This document shows positions 8,381 through 19,328 of a DNA stretch of 64,000 nt, piece by piece. The translations under genes were made by a program, and so were the position numbers. This DNA comes from Candidatus Amunia macphersoniae. GTDB taxonomy: Bacteria; Chloroflexota; Dormibacteria; Aeolococcales; Aeolococcaceae. A model generated the notes under the pieces. It saw nothing but the letters and a program-made list of their open reading frames with translations, was not told the DNA's origin and ran no database searches. The stretch is from contig JAEKNN010000025.1 of the NCBI GenBank assembly GCA_016464795.1, forward strand, positions 13,548-77,547, given 5' to 3'. Numbering within the stretch: position 1 is the stretch's first letter; each line of letters opens with the position of its first letter.

Positions 8381-9673
8381 ATGGGGGAACACAAGCTTCT
8401 CACCGAGCACTTCGGGACCGAGGGCCTGCAGACGCTTGCCGTGTACGAACGCGTGGGCGGGTACCAGGGCCTCCGCGAGGCCCTGTCGCGGTTCACGCCC
8501 GAGACTCTGATCGATGAGGTCAAGGCCAGCGGCCTGCGCGGCCGCGGCGGTGCCGGCTTTCCGACCGGGACCAAGTGGGGCTTCCTCCCCAAGGACGTGT
8601 TCCCCCGCTATCTGTGTTGCAACGCCGACGAGTCCGAGCCCGGGTGCTTCAAGGATCGCGCGCTCATCGACGAGAACCCCCACCAGCTCATCGAGGGGCT
8701 GCTGATCGCCGCCTACGCGCTCCAGGTCAACACCGCCTTCATCTACATCCGGGGCGAGTACCACGACCAGCGCCTCCTGCTCGAGCGCTGCGTCGAGGAG
8801 GCCCGCGCAGCCGGCCACATCGGCGCCAACGTCCTCGGCAGCGGGTTCAGCTGCGACGTGATCGTCCACGGTGGCGCCGGCGCATACATCTGCGGCGAGG
8901 AGACCGCTCTCATCGACTCTCTCGAGGGGTATCGAGGTCAGCCTCGCCTCAAGCCTCCGTTCCCGGCCCTCAAGGGGCTGTACGGCAAGCCGACGGTGGT
9001 CAACAACGTCGAAACGCTGTCCAACCTTCCGCACATCGTGCAGCGTGGCGGCGCCTGGTTCAAACAGCTGGGCACCGAGAAGAGCGCGGGCACACGGCTG
9101 TTCTGCTGCAGTGGCCACATCAACCGTCCCGGCACCTACGAGATTGCCATGGGAACTCCAATTCGCGAGCTCCTGGAAGAGGAGTGCGGTGGCATCTGGA
9201 AGGATCGCTCGATCAAGGCGTTCCAGCCGGGTGGCGGCTCGATGCAGGTGCTGCTGCCCGAGCATCTGGATCTTCCACTCGACATGGACGCGGTGGCCCA
9301 AGCAGGCTCGTCGCTCGGGGCCGGCGCCATGGTCTTCATGGACGAGACCACCTGCATGGTCAACGTCTCGATGCGCCTGGTGGACTTCTACCACCACGAG
9401 TCGTGTGGCAAGTGCGCACCCTGCCGCGAGGGGACGTACTTCGAGTCCGACCTGATGCATCGTCTCGAGGCAGGGCATCTCACGCTCGAGGAGCTCCACA
9501 CCCTCGCCGACATCTGCGACAACATGAATGGCAAGTGCTTCTGCCCGCTGGGCGACACGGCGACGTGGTTCGTGATGTCCGCGTTCAAGGCATTCAGGGA
9601 CGAGTTCGAGGCGCACTGCGGTGCCGGCGCCTGTCCAGTCCGTACGGCGAGCGCACAGCTGGTGACGGCGTAG
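8381..9673 (+). CDS. nuoF: NADH-quinone oxidoreductase subunit F
   Basis: [13 protein letters not shown] (FMN/NADH site) and [12 protein letters not shown] (4Fe-4S). Confidence 0.95.
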   Translation: MGEHKLLTEHFGTEGLQTLAVYERVGGYQGLREALSRFTPETLIDEVKASGLRGRGGAGFPTGTKWGFLPKDVFPRYLCCNADESEPGCFKDRALIDENPHQLIEGLLIAAYALQVNTAFIYIRGEYHDQRLLLERCVEEARAAGHIGANVLGSGFSCDVIVHGGAGAYICGEETALIDSLEGYRGQPRLKPPFPALKGLYGKPTVVNNVETLSNLPHIVQRGGAWFKQLGTEKSAGTRLFCCSGHINRPGTYEIAMGTPIRELLEEECGGIWKDRSIKAFQPGGGSMQVLLPEHLDLPLDMDAVAQAGSSLGAGAMVFMDETTCMVNVSMRLVDFYHHESCGKCAPCREGTYFESDLMHRLEAGHLTLEELHTLADICDNMNGKCFCPLGDTATWFVMSAFKAFRDEFEAHCGAGACPVRTASAQLVTA

Positions 9674-11602
9674 ATGGCTGCCGACACCACGCCACCCGCA
9701 GCACCGGAGGATGGGTTGGTCGGCATCACCATCGACGGTCGAACCGCACGGGTTGCCAAGGGAACGCTGGTGACCGACGCGTCGGCGATCCTGGGCATCC
9801 ACATCCCGGTGTACTGCGCGCACCCCAAGATGGATCCCGTAGCCGTGTGCCGGATGTGCCTGGTGCACGTCGAGAAGATGCCCAAGCTGCAACCCGCATG
9901 CGCAACACCGGTCAGTGAGGGGATGGTCGTGTCCACCGAGCGCGCCGACGTCGCCAAGACCCGTGAGGGCGTGCTCGAGTTCCTGCTTCTCAACCATCCC
10001 CTCGACTGTCCGGTCTGCGACCGCGGTGGCGAGTGCGACCTTCAGGACTTCGCCTTCAGATATGGGCCTCAGGCTTCCCGGTTCCCGATCACCGAGAAGG
10101 TTCACTTCAACAAGGCGGTGCCGCTCAGCGACAGGATCGAGCTGGACCAGGAGCGCTGCATCCTCTGCTGGCGGTGCACTCGCTACTACGACGAGATAAC
10201 CGGCGAAAAGGAGCTGGTGCTCCAGGAACGTGGTGTCCACACACTGGTCAACACCTTCGAAGGCAAGCCGCTGACCTCGGCATTCCAAGGGAACCTTCCG
10301 GAGATCTGCCCGGTGGGCGCGCTCACCAATCGCAAGTACCGCTTCAAGGCCAGGCCGTGGGACCTGCAGCGCACCAAGGGCGTGTGCCCGACCTGCTCCT
10401 ACGGCTGCAACATCAACATCGACAGCCGCGACTTCGAGATCAAGCGCTTCGCGTCACGCGACAACCCGCTGGTCGACGACATGTGGCTCTGTGACCGCGG
10501 CCGCGACAGTGGACCGAGCTGGAACAACGTCGAGCGCATACGGCGTCCTGTGCTGCGGGATGCAACTGGGAGCAGAGAGGTGTCGGTGAGCGAGGCGGTG
10601 GCGGCGGCGGCGCGCTCACTCCGAGAGGTCCGCGAGCGCCATGGCCCGAGCTCGATCGCTGTGCTCGGCTCGGCGGAGAACACCAACGAGGAGATCTGGT
10701 TGCTCCAGCGTCTGGCACGCACCGCCCTCGAGACCCCCCACCTCGACCACCAGCTGGAGGCATTTCCGGACATCGGGCCCGAGGAGCACGCGCTGGGCAT
10801 CGCCGAGATCGAGCAGTGCGCGGCGGTCATCGTGCTCGGCGACGAGCCAGAGCGTGAGGCACCGGTGCTGACCCTGCGCCTGTTCAAGGCGCAGACCAAG
10901 CGGGGCGTCGCCATCCGACGGGTTGTCGCACAGGCAACCCGGAGCCTCGTCGGCGAGCTGCCGGCCGAGGGGCTGATCGGGCTGATCGCCGACGAGACCA
11001 ATCGCGAGCACGCCACCGCGCTGGCCGGGGAGCTGAGCCGCTCCCACCAGGTTCGCCGAATGACGGTCACCCGCGGGGTGAACGGGCGCGGCGCCAAGGA
11101 CCTGGGGATGCTGCCCAACAGCGGCCCCGGCTACACAGCGGTCGACCAGGCCGGCAAGGCCGGTCGACACATCCTCGAGGCGAGCGCGGCTGGTCTGATC
11201 ACCGGCCTGGTGGTGATGGGTGGCAGCGTCTGGTCGGCGAGCGTCACCCCGCTGCTGGAGCGGGTGGCCGCTGCACTCGAGGTCCTGGTGGTCATCGACA
11301 CCAGGCCAGGCCCATTGAGCCGCGCCGCCACGGTTCTCATCCCCGGGCACGCCATCTTCGAAAAGGGCGGCACCGTCACCAACATGGAGGGACGGGTCCA
11401 GCGGGTGCGTCCGGCGCTTCCTCCGGCGACCCAGACCCCGAGTGAGACCCGGATCCTCAGCGCCCTGGCCGCCGAGCTGGGAGCTGCGGGCTGGCCCGGA
11501 GATCACCTCCTCATCAACCGCGAGCTGGTGACCGCCGTGCCGGCGTATGCCAGGGCCGGGAACGGTGGGCGTGCCCTGTTCGAGGCCGCTGTCCGCGCAT
11601 GA
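9674..11602 (+). CDS. nuoG: NADH-quinone oxidoreductase subunit G (short form, 642 aa)
   Basis: N-terminal 2Fe-2S/4Fe-4S cysteine clusters (CAHPKMDPVAVCRMCLV, HPLDCPVCDRGGECDLQ, CILCWRCTRYC) and a molybdopterin-oxidoreductase-like domain. Confidence 0.9.
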   Translation: MAADTTPPAAPEDGLVGITIDGRTARVAKGTLVTDASAILGIHIPVYCAHPKMDPVAVCRMCLVHVEKMPKLQPACATPVSEGMVVSTERADVAKTREGVLEFLLLNHPLDCPVCDRGGECDLQDFAFRYGPQASRFPITEKVHFNKAVPLSDRIELDQERCILCWRCTRYYDEITGEKELVLQERGVHTLVNTFEGKPLTSAFQGNLPEICPVGALTNRKYRFKARPWDLQRTKGVCPTCSYGCNINIDSRDFEIKRFASRDNPLVDDMWLCDRGRDSGPSWNNVERIRRPVLRDATGSREVSVSEAVAAAARSLREVRERHGPSSIAVLGSAENTNEEIWLLQRLARTALETPHLDHQLEAFPDIGPEEHALGIAEIEQCAAVIVLGDEPEREAPVLTLRLFKAQTKRGVAIRRVVAQATRSLVGELPAEGLIGLIADETNREHATALAGELSRSHQVRRMTVTRGVNGRGAKDLGMLPNSGPGYTAVDQAGKAGRHILEASAAGLITGLVVMGGSVWSASVTPLLERVAAALEVLVVIDTRPGPLSRAATVLIPGHAIFEKGGTVTNMEGRVQRVRPALPPATQTPSETRILSALAAELGAAGWPGDHLLINRELVTAVPAYARAGNGGRALFEAAVRA

Positions 11603-12687
11603 TCGCGTCTTTCTCAGACATCTTCAGCGTCGGCCGCCTCGGCACCGACGGGATCGTGGTCATCCTGGTGAAGTCGGTGGTGATCGTGCTGGCGCTGGCC
11701 ACCGCCGCCGCCTATCTCACCCTCGCCGAACGCAAGATCGCCGCCCGTGTCCAGCTCCGCATTGGACCCAATCGGGTGGGTCCCATGGGCCTGCTTCAGC
11801 CTGCGGCCGATGCCGTCAAGCTGCTGTTCAAGGAGAACGCGGCGCCCGGAGGGCGCGACAAGCTGCTCTACCTGGCGGGGCCGGCAATCGCGGGTGGGGC
11901 GGCCATCTTCGCCTTCGCGGCCATCCCGGTGAGCGGTCTCACCTGTGTCGGTGGCCAGACGAGCGGGTCCGGCTGCGCCGGGGGCTACGCCCTCCACTGG
12001 GACCTGATCCACGTCAACGTCAGCCTGCTGTTCGTGCTCGCGGTGACGTCGGTGGGCGTGTACTCGCTGTTCCTCGGCGGTTACGCCGCCAACAGCAAGT
12101 ACTCGCTGCTCGGCGGTCTGCGCTCGTCCGCGCAGCTCATCTCGTATGAGATGGCTGTCGCTTTCGCGCTCATCGGGGCGGTCATCCTGGCCGGCTCGCT
12201 GGATCTCGAGAAGATCGTGCTCATGCAGCACGACGTGTGGTTCGTGGTGCTGCAGCCGATGGCTTTCCTCCTGTACTTCACAGCGGCTCTCGCCGAGACC
12301 AACCGTCTGCCGTTCGACCTGCCCGAGGCCGAGACCGAGCTGGTGGCCGGCTATCACACCGAGTACTCATCGATGCGCTTCGGCTTCTACTTCCTCGGCG
12401 AATACATCAACATGGTGACCGTCTGCTCCATCGCCACCCTGGTCTTCCTGGGCGGCTGGCTGCCGCTGCTTCCCTTCATCCACTCCGACTGGCTGGGCGG
12501 CCTGGTCGGCGTCGGCTGGTTCCTCGCCAAGGTCGGTGCCCTGCTGTTCGTCATGATGTGGCTGCGCTGGACGCTTCCGCGTTTCCGCTACGACCGCCTG
12601 ATGAGCTTCGGGTGGAAGGTGCTGCTCCCGCTTGGTCTTGTCAACATCGTCATCACCGGCGCGATCGTCGGGTTGCGGGCATCGTGA
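11599..12687 (+). CDS. nuoH: NADH-quinone oxidoreductase subunit H
   Basis: Polytopic membrane protein with LAERKIAARVQLRIGPNRVGP and ETNRLPFDLPEAETELVAGYHTEYS. It overlaps nuoG by 4 nt. Confidence 0.95.
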   Translation: MIASFSDIFSVGRLGTDGIVVILVKSVVIVLALATAAAYLTLAERKIAARVQLRIGPNRVGPMGLLQPAADAVKLLFKENAAPGGRDKLLYLAGPAIAGGAAIFAFAAIPVSGLTCVGGQTSGSGCAGGYALHWDLIHVNVSLLFVLAVTSVGVYSLFLGGYAANSKYSLLGGLRSSAQLISYEMAVAFALIGAVILAGSLDLEKIVLMQHDVWFVVLQPMAFLLYFTAALAETNRLPFDLPEAETELVAGYHTEYSSMRFGFYFLGEYINMVTVCSIATLVFLGGWLPLLPFIHSDWLGGLVGVGWFLAKVGALLFVMMWLRWTLPRFRYDRLMSFGWKVLLPLGLVNIVITGAIVGLRAS

Positions 12688-12697
12688 GGAGCGTCCG

Positions 12698-13321
12698 TTG
12701 CTGATCGAGATCGCCAAGGGCATGGCCCACACACTGCGCGTGATGCTGCGCAAGCCGATCACCGTGCAGTGGCCGGAGGAGCAGAAGCCGGTGGCGCCTC
12801 GCCACCGCGGCCGGCACATCCTTCACCGGTATGACAACGGGATGGAGAAGTGCATCGGCTGCGAGCTCTGTGCCGCCGCCTGTCCAGTGGGCTGCATCTA
12901 CGTCGGCGCCGCCGAGAACGATCCGGCCAACCCGGTCTCTCCCGGAGAGCGCTACGCCGAGCGCTACGAGATCAACCTGTTGCGCTGCATCTACTGCGGC
13001 TATTGCGCGGAGGCCTGCCCCACCGAGGCGATCACGCTGGGACCCCGCTTCGAGCTCGCCGACTACCGAAAGGAACGGCTGGTGGCGACCAAGGAGGACC
13101 TGCTCGAGGCCTGGCCCAACATGGCACAGAGCCGCCGGTCGCCGAGTGACCACGGCGCCGGGGCGGACCAGACCGGACGGGCCTCGGAGGTTCCCGGCCT
13201 CAGCCCTCGGGTGGCGTGGGAGGACGGGATCGACAGCAGCGCCAGTCCTCGCCCGGGGGAGTACGGTATACCGTCGCACGTGCCGCGCGTGATCAGCCCC
13301 GATGAGGCGGAGCCGCGGTGA
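12698..13321 (+). CDS. nuoI: NADH-quinone oxidoreductase subunit I with ~60-aa C-terminal extension
   Basis: Two ferredoxin motifs, CIGCELCAAACP and CIYCGYCAEACP. I chose the TTG at 12698 with GAGGAG 6 nt upstream; the ORF-track start at 12632 overlaps nuoH. Confidence 0.85.
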   Translation: MLIEIAKGMAHTLRVMLRKPITVQWPEEQKPVAPRHRGRHILHRYDNGMEKCIGCELCAAACPVGCIYVGAAENDPANPVSPGERYAERYEINLLRCIYCGYCAEACPTEAITLGPRFELADYRKERLVATKEDLLEAWPNMAQSRRSPSDHGAGADQTGRASEVPGLSPRVAWEDGIDSSASPRPGEYGIPSHVPRVISPDEAEPR

Positions 13322-13959
13322 CCGGGATCATCTGGGTGGCCGGTGGGCTGGCTGCGCTCAGCGCGCTCGGAGTGGTGTTCTCGCCACAGCCGTTGTACTC
13401 GGCGCTGTCGCTGGTGCTGTCCATCGGTGCGCTCGCTGTCATCTTCCTGGTGCTCAACGCCCAGTTCCTCTTCGTCGTCCAGCTGATCGTGTATGCGGGC
13501 GCGGTCATGGTGCTCTTCGTCTTCATCATCGCCTTGCTCTCCCCCGATCGTGAAGAGCGCTTCAGGGTCGATGCGCGCTTCGCCATCGGGGTGACCTTCG
13601 CGGTCGGTGTCACCGTCGCCATGCTGCTGGCGGCGCGCAACGGCATCACCTTCAATGGCAACGGCTTCCGGGCTCAGCAGATCGGCCAGGCGTCCGACCC
13701 GTACCACGGGTTCGCCTTCGACCAGAGTGACAACGGCCTGGTCAACACCGCCGGCAACGTGCAGTCGGTCGGTGGCCAGCTGTTCACCACCTTTCTGCTG
13801 CCCTTCGAGATCACCTCGATGTTGTTGCTCGTCTCCGCGATCGGCGCCGTGTACCTGACTCGCCGCAGACGTGACCCCAACGCGCCGGTGCGACGGGAGC
13901 GAGCCCTGGCCCGCGAGCCCCAGCTCGAGGAGGATCGCATCGAGGTGGAGGTGCGATGA
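13318..13959 (+). CDS. nuoJ: NADH-quinone oxidoreductase subunit J
   Basis: Hydrophobic 213-aa protein in the conserved nuo position. Its GTG overlaps the nuoI stop. Confidence 0.85.
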   Translation: MTGIIWVAGGLAALSALGVVFSPQPLYSALSLVLSIGALAVIFLVLNAQFLFVVQLIVYAGAVMVLFVFIIALLSPDREERFRVDARFAIGVTFAVGVTVAMLLAARNGITFNGNGFRAQQIGQASDPYHGFAFDQSDNGLVNTAGNVQSVGGQLFTTFLLPFEITSMLLLVSAIGAVYLTRRRRDPNAPVRRERALAREPQLEEDRIEVEVR

Positions 13960-14267
13960 CCGCGAGCGCGAACTTCCCCTACCTGCTCGCGCTGGCCGCG
14001 TTCCTGTTCAGTGTCGGCGCCCTTGGGGTGCTGATCCGGCGCAACCCGATAGTGGTGTTCATGTGCATCGAGCTGATGCTGAACGCCGTCAACATCGTGT
14101 TCGTCAGCTACGGCCGGTTCCTCAACAGTGAGGAGGGCCAGGTCTTCGCCTTCATGGTGATCGTGGTGGCCGCGGCCGAGGTGGTGGTGGGCCTGGCACT
14201 GATCACCCAGGTGTTTCGAGTTGGTCGTGAGCTCGACATCGACGATCTCGACGAGCTGAACGAGTGA
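13956..14267 (+). CDS. nuoK: NADH-quinone oxidoreductase subunit K
   Basis: 103-aa three-helix protein with [12 protein letters not shown] and [11 protein letters not shown]. Confidence 0.9.
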   Translation: MTASANFPYLLALAAFLFSVGALGVLIRRNPIVVFMCIELMLNAVNIVFVSYGRFLNSEEGQVFAFMVIVVAAAEVVVGLALITQVFRVGRELDIDDLDELNE

Positions 14268-16231
14268 CCACCTCGACCGTTGCCGTTCTCTCAGGGCTGA
14301 TCCTGCTGCTCCCGTTGGCAGGCGCCCTGCTCAACGCCCTGGTGGGATGGCGGCTGTCACGACGGGTCGTCAACGCCATCGGGACCGGCAGCATCCTGGC
14401 CGCGTTCCTGGTGGCCTGCGTGATGCTGGCTCAGGTGGTTGGTGCTCCTGATGGCGCCAAGTCGGCGAGTGCTCACCTCTGGCAGTGGCTCGACCTGGGC
14501 ACCGGCGGGCTGCGCGTGGGCGTCGACGTCACCCTCGATCCGCTCAGCGCAGTGATGCTGATGGTGATCACCGGGGTGGGCCTGTTGATCCATGTGTACA
14601 GCGTCGGCTACATGGAGCACGACCGGGGCATTGCGCGGTTCTTCAGCTACATGAACCTGTTCATCTTCTCGATGTTGGTCCTGGTCCTGGCCGCCGACCT
14701 GCTGATCCTGATCATCGGCTGGGCACTGGTGGCCTTGAGCAGCTACCTCCTGATCGGCTTCTGGTACGAGCGGCCGAGCGCGGTGGTGGCCGCTCGCAAG
14801 GCTTTCATCACCCAGGTCGCTGGTGACGTCGCCCTGGTGATCGCTGCCTTCCTGATCGTTGTCCACATCGGCACGCTCAGCATGCCCGGCATCTTTGCTG
14901 CGGCGCCGTCGTTCGCCTCGGGCGGTCTTCTGATCACTGTCGTCTGCTCTCTGCTGGCCATCGGAGCGTTCGCCAAGAGCGCACAGTTCCCCCTGCACAC
15001 CTGGCTGCCCGACGCCATGGAGGGGCCGACGCCGGTGTCTGCCCTGATCCACGCGGCCACCATGGTCACCGCCGGGGTCTACCTGATCGCTCGCTTCCAT
15101 CCCCTGTTCGATCGCGCCCCTGTGGCCCAGGGGATGGTGGCCTGCGTGGGCATCGGCACCGCCGTCATGGCCGGCGTGATCGCGCTCAGCCAGGTGGACA
15201 TCAAGCGGGTCATCGCCTACTCGACGATGTCACAGATCGGGCTGATGATCTTCGCTGTCGGCATCGGCGCCTACTCCGCGGGGATGTTCCATCTCGCCAC
15301 CCACGCCGTGTTCAAGGCACTGCTGTTCATGGCTGCGGGCAACGTCATCCACGCGTTGCACGACGAGCAGGACATCAGGCTCATGGGCGGGTTGTCGACA
15401 AACCTGCGGCGCACCGAGCTGTGCTTTCTCAGCGGCACCTTCGCGCTGGCCGGGATCCCGCTCTTTGCGGGCTTCTTCAGCAAGGAGGGGCTGTTGGGTT
15501 TCGGGCTCACCAACGGACCGGGCGCCTTCCCGTGGGTTCTCTATCTCGTGGGCGTCGGCATCAATGTGCTGACCGGGCTCTATGCCTTCCGCTTGTGGGC
15601 CACCGTCTTCCGCGGCGAGCCCCAGACGGCACGGGTGTACGCGGCGCGCGAAGCGCCGCGGGTGATGCTGGTGCCTGTGGCCATCCTGGCGTTGTTGAGT
15701 GCATTCCTGGGACTGATCCTGGGAGTGTGGTCGTTGGTGATCCACGACAACTTCCTGATCGGTGTCTTCGCGCGCTTCCTCTCTCCGGTGTTCACCACGC
15801 CGGCCTCGGGTCCGCTGGCCGTCGACCTCAGCACCGGGACGGCGATCCTCGCCGGGATCGTCGGCACTCTGGGATCACTGCTCGGCGCGGGGTTGGCGGC
15901 ACGCATCTGGCTGCAGCGCAACCCCGACCCGTCAGCCGTGACGGCGCGCTTGCCCAGGGCCTTGCCACAGCTGGCGTACAACAAGTTCTACTTCGATGAG
16001 ATCTACGACGCACTCTTGGTGCGGCCTCTGGTGGCACTCGCGCGGGCAGCGCGACGAGTTGTCGAGCCGCGATTCATGAACAGCGGGGTCCAGACCGTCA
16101 GCGACGCGTGCTCGGAGCTGGGAGCATGGGTCCGCGACTACCAGACGGGCCTGATCCGTGACTACGCGTCCTACATGATCGCCGCCGCCGGGGTGTTCGT
16201 CGTCGCCACCCTGGTGCTGGTGTCGCGATGA
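14264..16231 (+). CDS. nuoL: NADH-quinone oxidoreductase subunit L
   Basis: 655-aa antiporter-like subunit with [36 protein letters not shown]. Confidence 0.92.
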   Translation: MTTSTVAVLSGLILLLPLAGALLNALVGWRLSRRVVNAIGTGSILAAFLVACVMLAQVVGAPDGAKSASAHLWQWLDLGTGGLRVGVDVTLDPLSAVMLMVITGVGLLIHVYSVGYMEHDRGIARFFSYMNLFIFSMLVLVLAADLLILIIGWALVALSSYLLIGFWYERPSAVVAARKAFITQVAGDVALVIAAFLIVVHIGTLSMPGIFAAAPSFASGGLLITVVCSLLAIGAFAKSAQFPLHTWLPDAMEGPTPVSALIHAATMVTAGVYLIARFHPLFDRAPVAQGMVACVGIGTAVMAGVIALSQVDIKRVIAYSTMSQIGLMIFAVGIGAYSAGMFHLATHAVFKALLFMAAGNVIHALHDEQDIRLMGGLSTNLRRTELCFLSGTFALAGIPLFAGFFSKEGLLGFGLTNGPGAFPWVLYLVGVGINVLTGLYAFRLWATVFRGEPQTARVYAAREAPRVMLVPVAILALLSAFLGLILGVWSLVIHDNFLIGVFARFLSPVFTTPASGPLAVDLSTGTAILAGIVGTLGSLLGAGLAARIWLQRNPDPSAVTARLPRALPQLAYNKFYFDEIYDALLVRPLVALARAARRVVEPRFMNSGVQTVSDACSELGAWVRDYQTGLIRDYASYMIAAAGVFVVATLVLVSR

Positions 16232-17823
16232 ACGTGCCCTGGCTCACCGTCGTTCTGCTGCTGCCGCTCGCCGCGGCGGCTCTCCTTCAGGTGATCCCAC
16301 GCACCGCCGTCACGTTGCTCAAGGCGTTGACCGTGACCGCGACCGCGGCCGCGGCAGCCATCGTCTGGACGCTGGTGGCGACCATGGGCGGCAGCCCGCA
16401 CTCCGCCGGTCCGCTGAGCTTTCACTACTCCGAGATCCACCAGTGGATCCCGGTCATCGGGGCCACCTATCACGTTGGACTCGACGGCATCTCAGCCTGG
16501 ATCCTGGCGCTCAACGCCGGTGTGTTCGTGCTCGGTGCGATCCTCGTCTCGAGGCGGAGCACCGATCGTCTGAAGCTGTTCTGCGGTCTGCTGCTGCTCA
16601 CCGAGACGATGACTGCCGGTGTGCTCCTGAGCGTCGACCTGCTCCTGTTCTACCTCTTCTGGGAGGGGATGCTGATACCGCTCTACTTCCTGCTCGCCAA
16701 CTACGGCAACGAGAACCGGGGCCGGGCGACCGTGAAGTTCATCGTCTACACAGTGGCCGGCAGCCTGCTGATGCTGGTCTCGATCCTGAGCCTGTTCTTC
16801 GCCCACGGGGTGGCCTCGGGCAATCTCTCTTTCGACCTCACCCAGCTGCTCGGAGGCGGCCTGTCGAAGCAGCCGCTGGTGATCCCGTGGGTGAACATCA
16901 CGACCTTCACCCCCGAGCAGTGGGCCTTTCTCGGTTTCGCGGCGGCTTTCGCCATCAAGATCCCGCTGGTGCCATTCCACACCTGGCTGCCCGATCTGTA
17001 CGAATCCGCGCCGGTGGCAGTGCTCGTCTTCTTTGCCGGGTTGGTCAGCAAGCTCGGCGCCTACAGCTTCATCCGCTTCGCTCTGACCCTCTTTCCTGAC
17101 GCCGTCAACACCTTCAAGTGGGTGCTCGCCGCACTGGCAGTGGTGAGCATCATCTACGGCGCGCTGATGGCGCTCAGCCAGCGCGACATCAAGCGGATCG
17201 TGGCCTACTCGAGCCTCAGCCACCTCGGCTTCATCGCGCTCGGCATCTTCACGCTGAACGTCAACGGGATCAACGGGGCGGTCATCCAGATCGTCAACCA
17301 CGGGATCATCATCGCGGCGCTCTTCATCATCGTCGACATCATCGAGCAGCGAACCGGAACCCGCGACCGCCACGAGCTCGCCGGGCTGGAGAGGCGAATG
17401 CCCTGGCTCTACGCGTTCTTTCTGGTGGCAACCCTTGCCGGCCTCGGCATGCCTGGGATGAACTCCTTCGCCGGCGAGTTCTCGATCATGCTGGGCGCCT
17501 TCCAACTGCACCCGGCGTATGCCGTGCTTGCGGGCCTGGGGGTGGTGCTCGCCTGCTGGTACATGCTCCGCCTCCACCAGGGGGTGATGCACGACCCACC
17601 CCAGCCGCGCACCGAGGCCGTGGGTGACATTCGGCCGGCCCAGGGACTGGTGCTGCTGCCGCTGGTGGGGCTGATGGTCTTCCTGGGTGTCTTTCCCGGC
17701 CCGGTCGGCGATGTCACCCAGCTGAGTGTCAAGCAGACCACGGCCCTGGCGCACGGGTATGCGAGCACCGCGGGCCCCAACTTCAGCGGCCTGGGCCCGG
17801 TGTCGCCTGGTGGCCAGCCGTGA
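16228..17823 (+). CDS. nuoM: NADH-quinone oxidoreductase subunit M
   Basis: 531-aa antiporter-like subunit (KIPLVPFHTWLPD). It overlaps nuoL by 4 nt. Confidence 0.92.
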   Translation: MNVPWLTVVLLLPLAAAALLQVIPRTAVTLLKALTVTATAAAAAIVWTLVATMGGSPHSAGPLSFHYSEIHQWIPVIGATYHVGLDGISAWILALNAGVFVLGAILVSRRSTDRLKLFCGLLLLTETMTAGVLLSVDLLLFYLFWEGMLIPLYFLLANYGNENRGRATVKFIVYTVAGSLLMLVSILSLFFAHGVASGNLSFDLTQLLGGGLSKQPLVIPWVNITTFTPEQWAFLGFAAAFAIKIPLVPFHTWLPDLYESAPVAVLVFFAGLVSKLGAYSFIRFALTLFPDAVNTFKWVLAALAVVSIIYGALMALSQRDIKRIVAYSSLSHLGFIALGIFTLNVNGINGAVIQIVNHGIIIAALFIIVDIIEQRTGTRDRHELAGLERRMPWLYAFFLVATLAGLGMPGMNSFAGEFSIMLGAFQLHPAYAVLAGLGVVLACWYMLRLHQGVMHDPPQPRTEAVGDIRPAQGLVLLPLVGLMVFLGVFPGPVGDVTQLSVKQTTALAHGYASTAGPNFSGLGPVSPGGQP

Positions 17824-19328
17824 CCGTGCTCGGCGTCCTGCCGGTGCTGGCGCCGCCCCCCGGCATCGACATCCTCGGCCTCCTTCCCGAGGTGATCCTT
17901 GCCGGGGGCTTTATCGTCCTGATGATGCTCGACCTGGTGACCGCGCCTGCTCAGCGGGGGTGGCTGGCGGTGGTGAGCGTGGTCGCCGTCGCCGGCGCGT
18001 TCGGCGCCACCGTGTGGTGCTGGTTCGACGCTGCCACACCACGGACTGTGTACTTCGGTGCCTTCGCGTACGACCGCTTCGGACTGTTCATCAACGCCAT
18101 CATCCTGGTGAGCACCGCCCTGGTGCTGATGATCACTCCGCAGTACTTGAACCGGCGCGGCCTCCATTACGGCGAGTATTACGCGCTGATCCTCGGCGCG
18201 GCGACCGGCATGATGCTCCTCGCCGGGGCCGGCAGCCTGATGGTCATCTTCCTGGCCATCGAGCTGCTCTCGATCGCCCTGTACATCCTCAGCGGGTTCA
18301 ACCGTACCGAGCCGCGATCTCAGGAAGCGGCGATGAAGTACCTGCTCCTGGGCGGCTTCGCGTCGGGTTTCCTGCTGTTCGGCATGGCCCTGATATATGG
18401 CGAGACCGGTCACACCCAGCTGACGTTGATCGCCGCGGCCATCACCAACGGTGGCGGCACTGTGGATCCCCTGCTGATGGCGGGGATCGCGCTGCTGTTC
18501 GTGGGCCTGGCTTTCAAGATCAGCGCTGCACCCTTCCACACTTGGACCCCTGACGTGTACCAGGGTGCGCCCACGTCGGTGACCACGTTCATGAGCGTCA
18601 CCACCAAGGTGGCCGCGTTCGCGGCTTTGATCCGCGTGTTCAGCTACACGTTCGGCGAACCTCTGATCTACGACCGCTGGAAGATCATCGTGTACTTCGT
18701 GGCCATCGCCTCGATGGTGGTCGGCAACGTGGCGGCCCTGCGCCAGACCAGCCTCAAGCGGGTGCTCGGATACTCTGGAATCGCCCAGGGGGGCTATATC
18801 CTGATTGGGGTGGTGGTGTTGACCCCGGCCGCGACATGGGGGTCGCTGTATTACCTGGCGTCATACGCCGTGGCCAACATCGGCGCCTTCGCGGTGATCA
18901 CCGTCATGGCCAATCGGGGTGAGGACCTCGACAGCTACGCCAGCCTCCGAGGTCTCGCGTTCCGACGCCCGTACGTGGCCGCGGCGATGGGCCTGTTCCT
19001 GCTGTCACTCGGCGGTTTTCCCCCGACGGCGGGATTCTTCGCCAAGTTCTTCGTGTTCGCCGCCGCGATAGGGGCACACGAGCTGCCGCTGGCGCTGTGG
19101 GGCATCGGCACCAGCGCGGTCTCGGTCTTCTACTACCTGCGCGTGGGCCTGCTGATGTACACGCGCCCGCAGCCCGATGAGCCTTCGTACAACTGGTCGC
19201 GCACCTCGCTCAGCGGCGGCGGCGTGCTCGCGCTCACCGCCGCCGGCACCCTGGTGATGGGCATCTTCGTGACCCTGGTGCTGAACATTGCCGTGTCGGC
19301 GCAAAACGGGATCGTGCTGCATGGATGA
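17820..19328 (+). CDS. nuoN: NADH-quinone oxidoreductase subunit N
   Basis: 502-aa antiporter-like subunit (KISAAPFHTWTPDVYQGAPT), last gene of the nuo cluster. Confidence 0.92.
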   Translation: MTVLGVLPVLAPPPGIDILGLLPEVILAGGFIVLMMLDLVTAPAQRGWLAVVSVVAVAGAFGATVWCWFDAATPRTVYFGAFAYDRFGLFINAIILVSTALVLMITPQYLNRRGLHYGEYYALILGAATGMMLLAGAGSLMVIFLAIELLSIALYILSGFNRTEPRSQEAAMKYLLLGGFASGFLLFGMALIYGETGHTQLTLIAAAITNGGGTVDPLLMAGIALLFVGLAFKISAAPFHTWTPDVYQGAPTSVTTFMSVTTKVAAFAALIRVFSYTFGEPLIYDRWKIIVYFVAIASMVVGNVAALRQTSLKRVLGYSGIAQGGYILIGVVVLTPAATWGSLYYLASYAVANIGAFAVITVMANRGEDLDSYASLRGLAFRRPYVAAAMGLFLLSLGGFPPTAGFFAKFFVFAAAIGAHELPLALWGIGTSAVSVFYYLRVGLLMYTRPQPDEPSYNWSRTSLSGGGVLALTAAGTLVMGIFVTLVLNIAVSAQNGIVLHG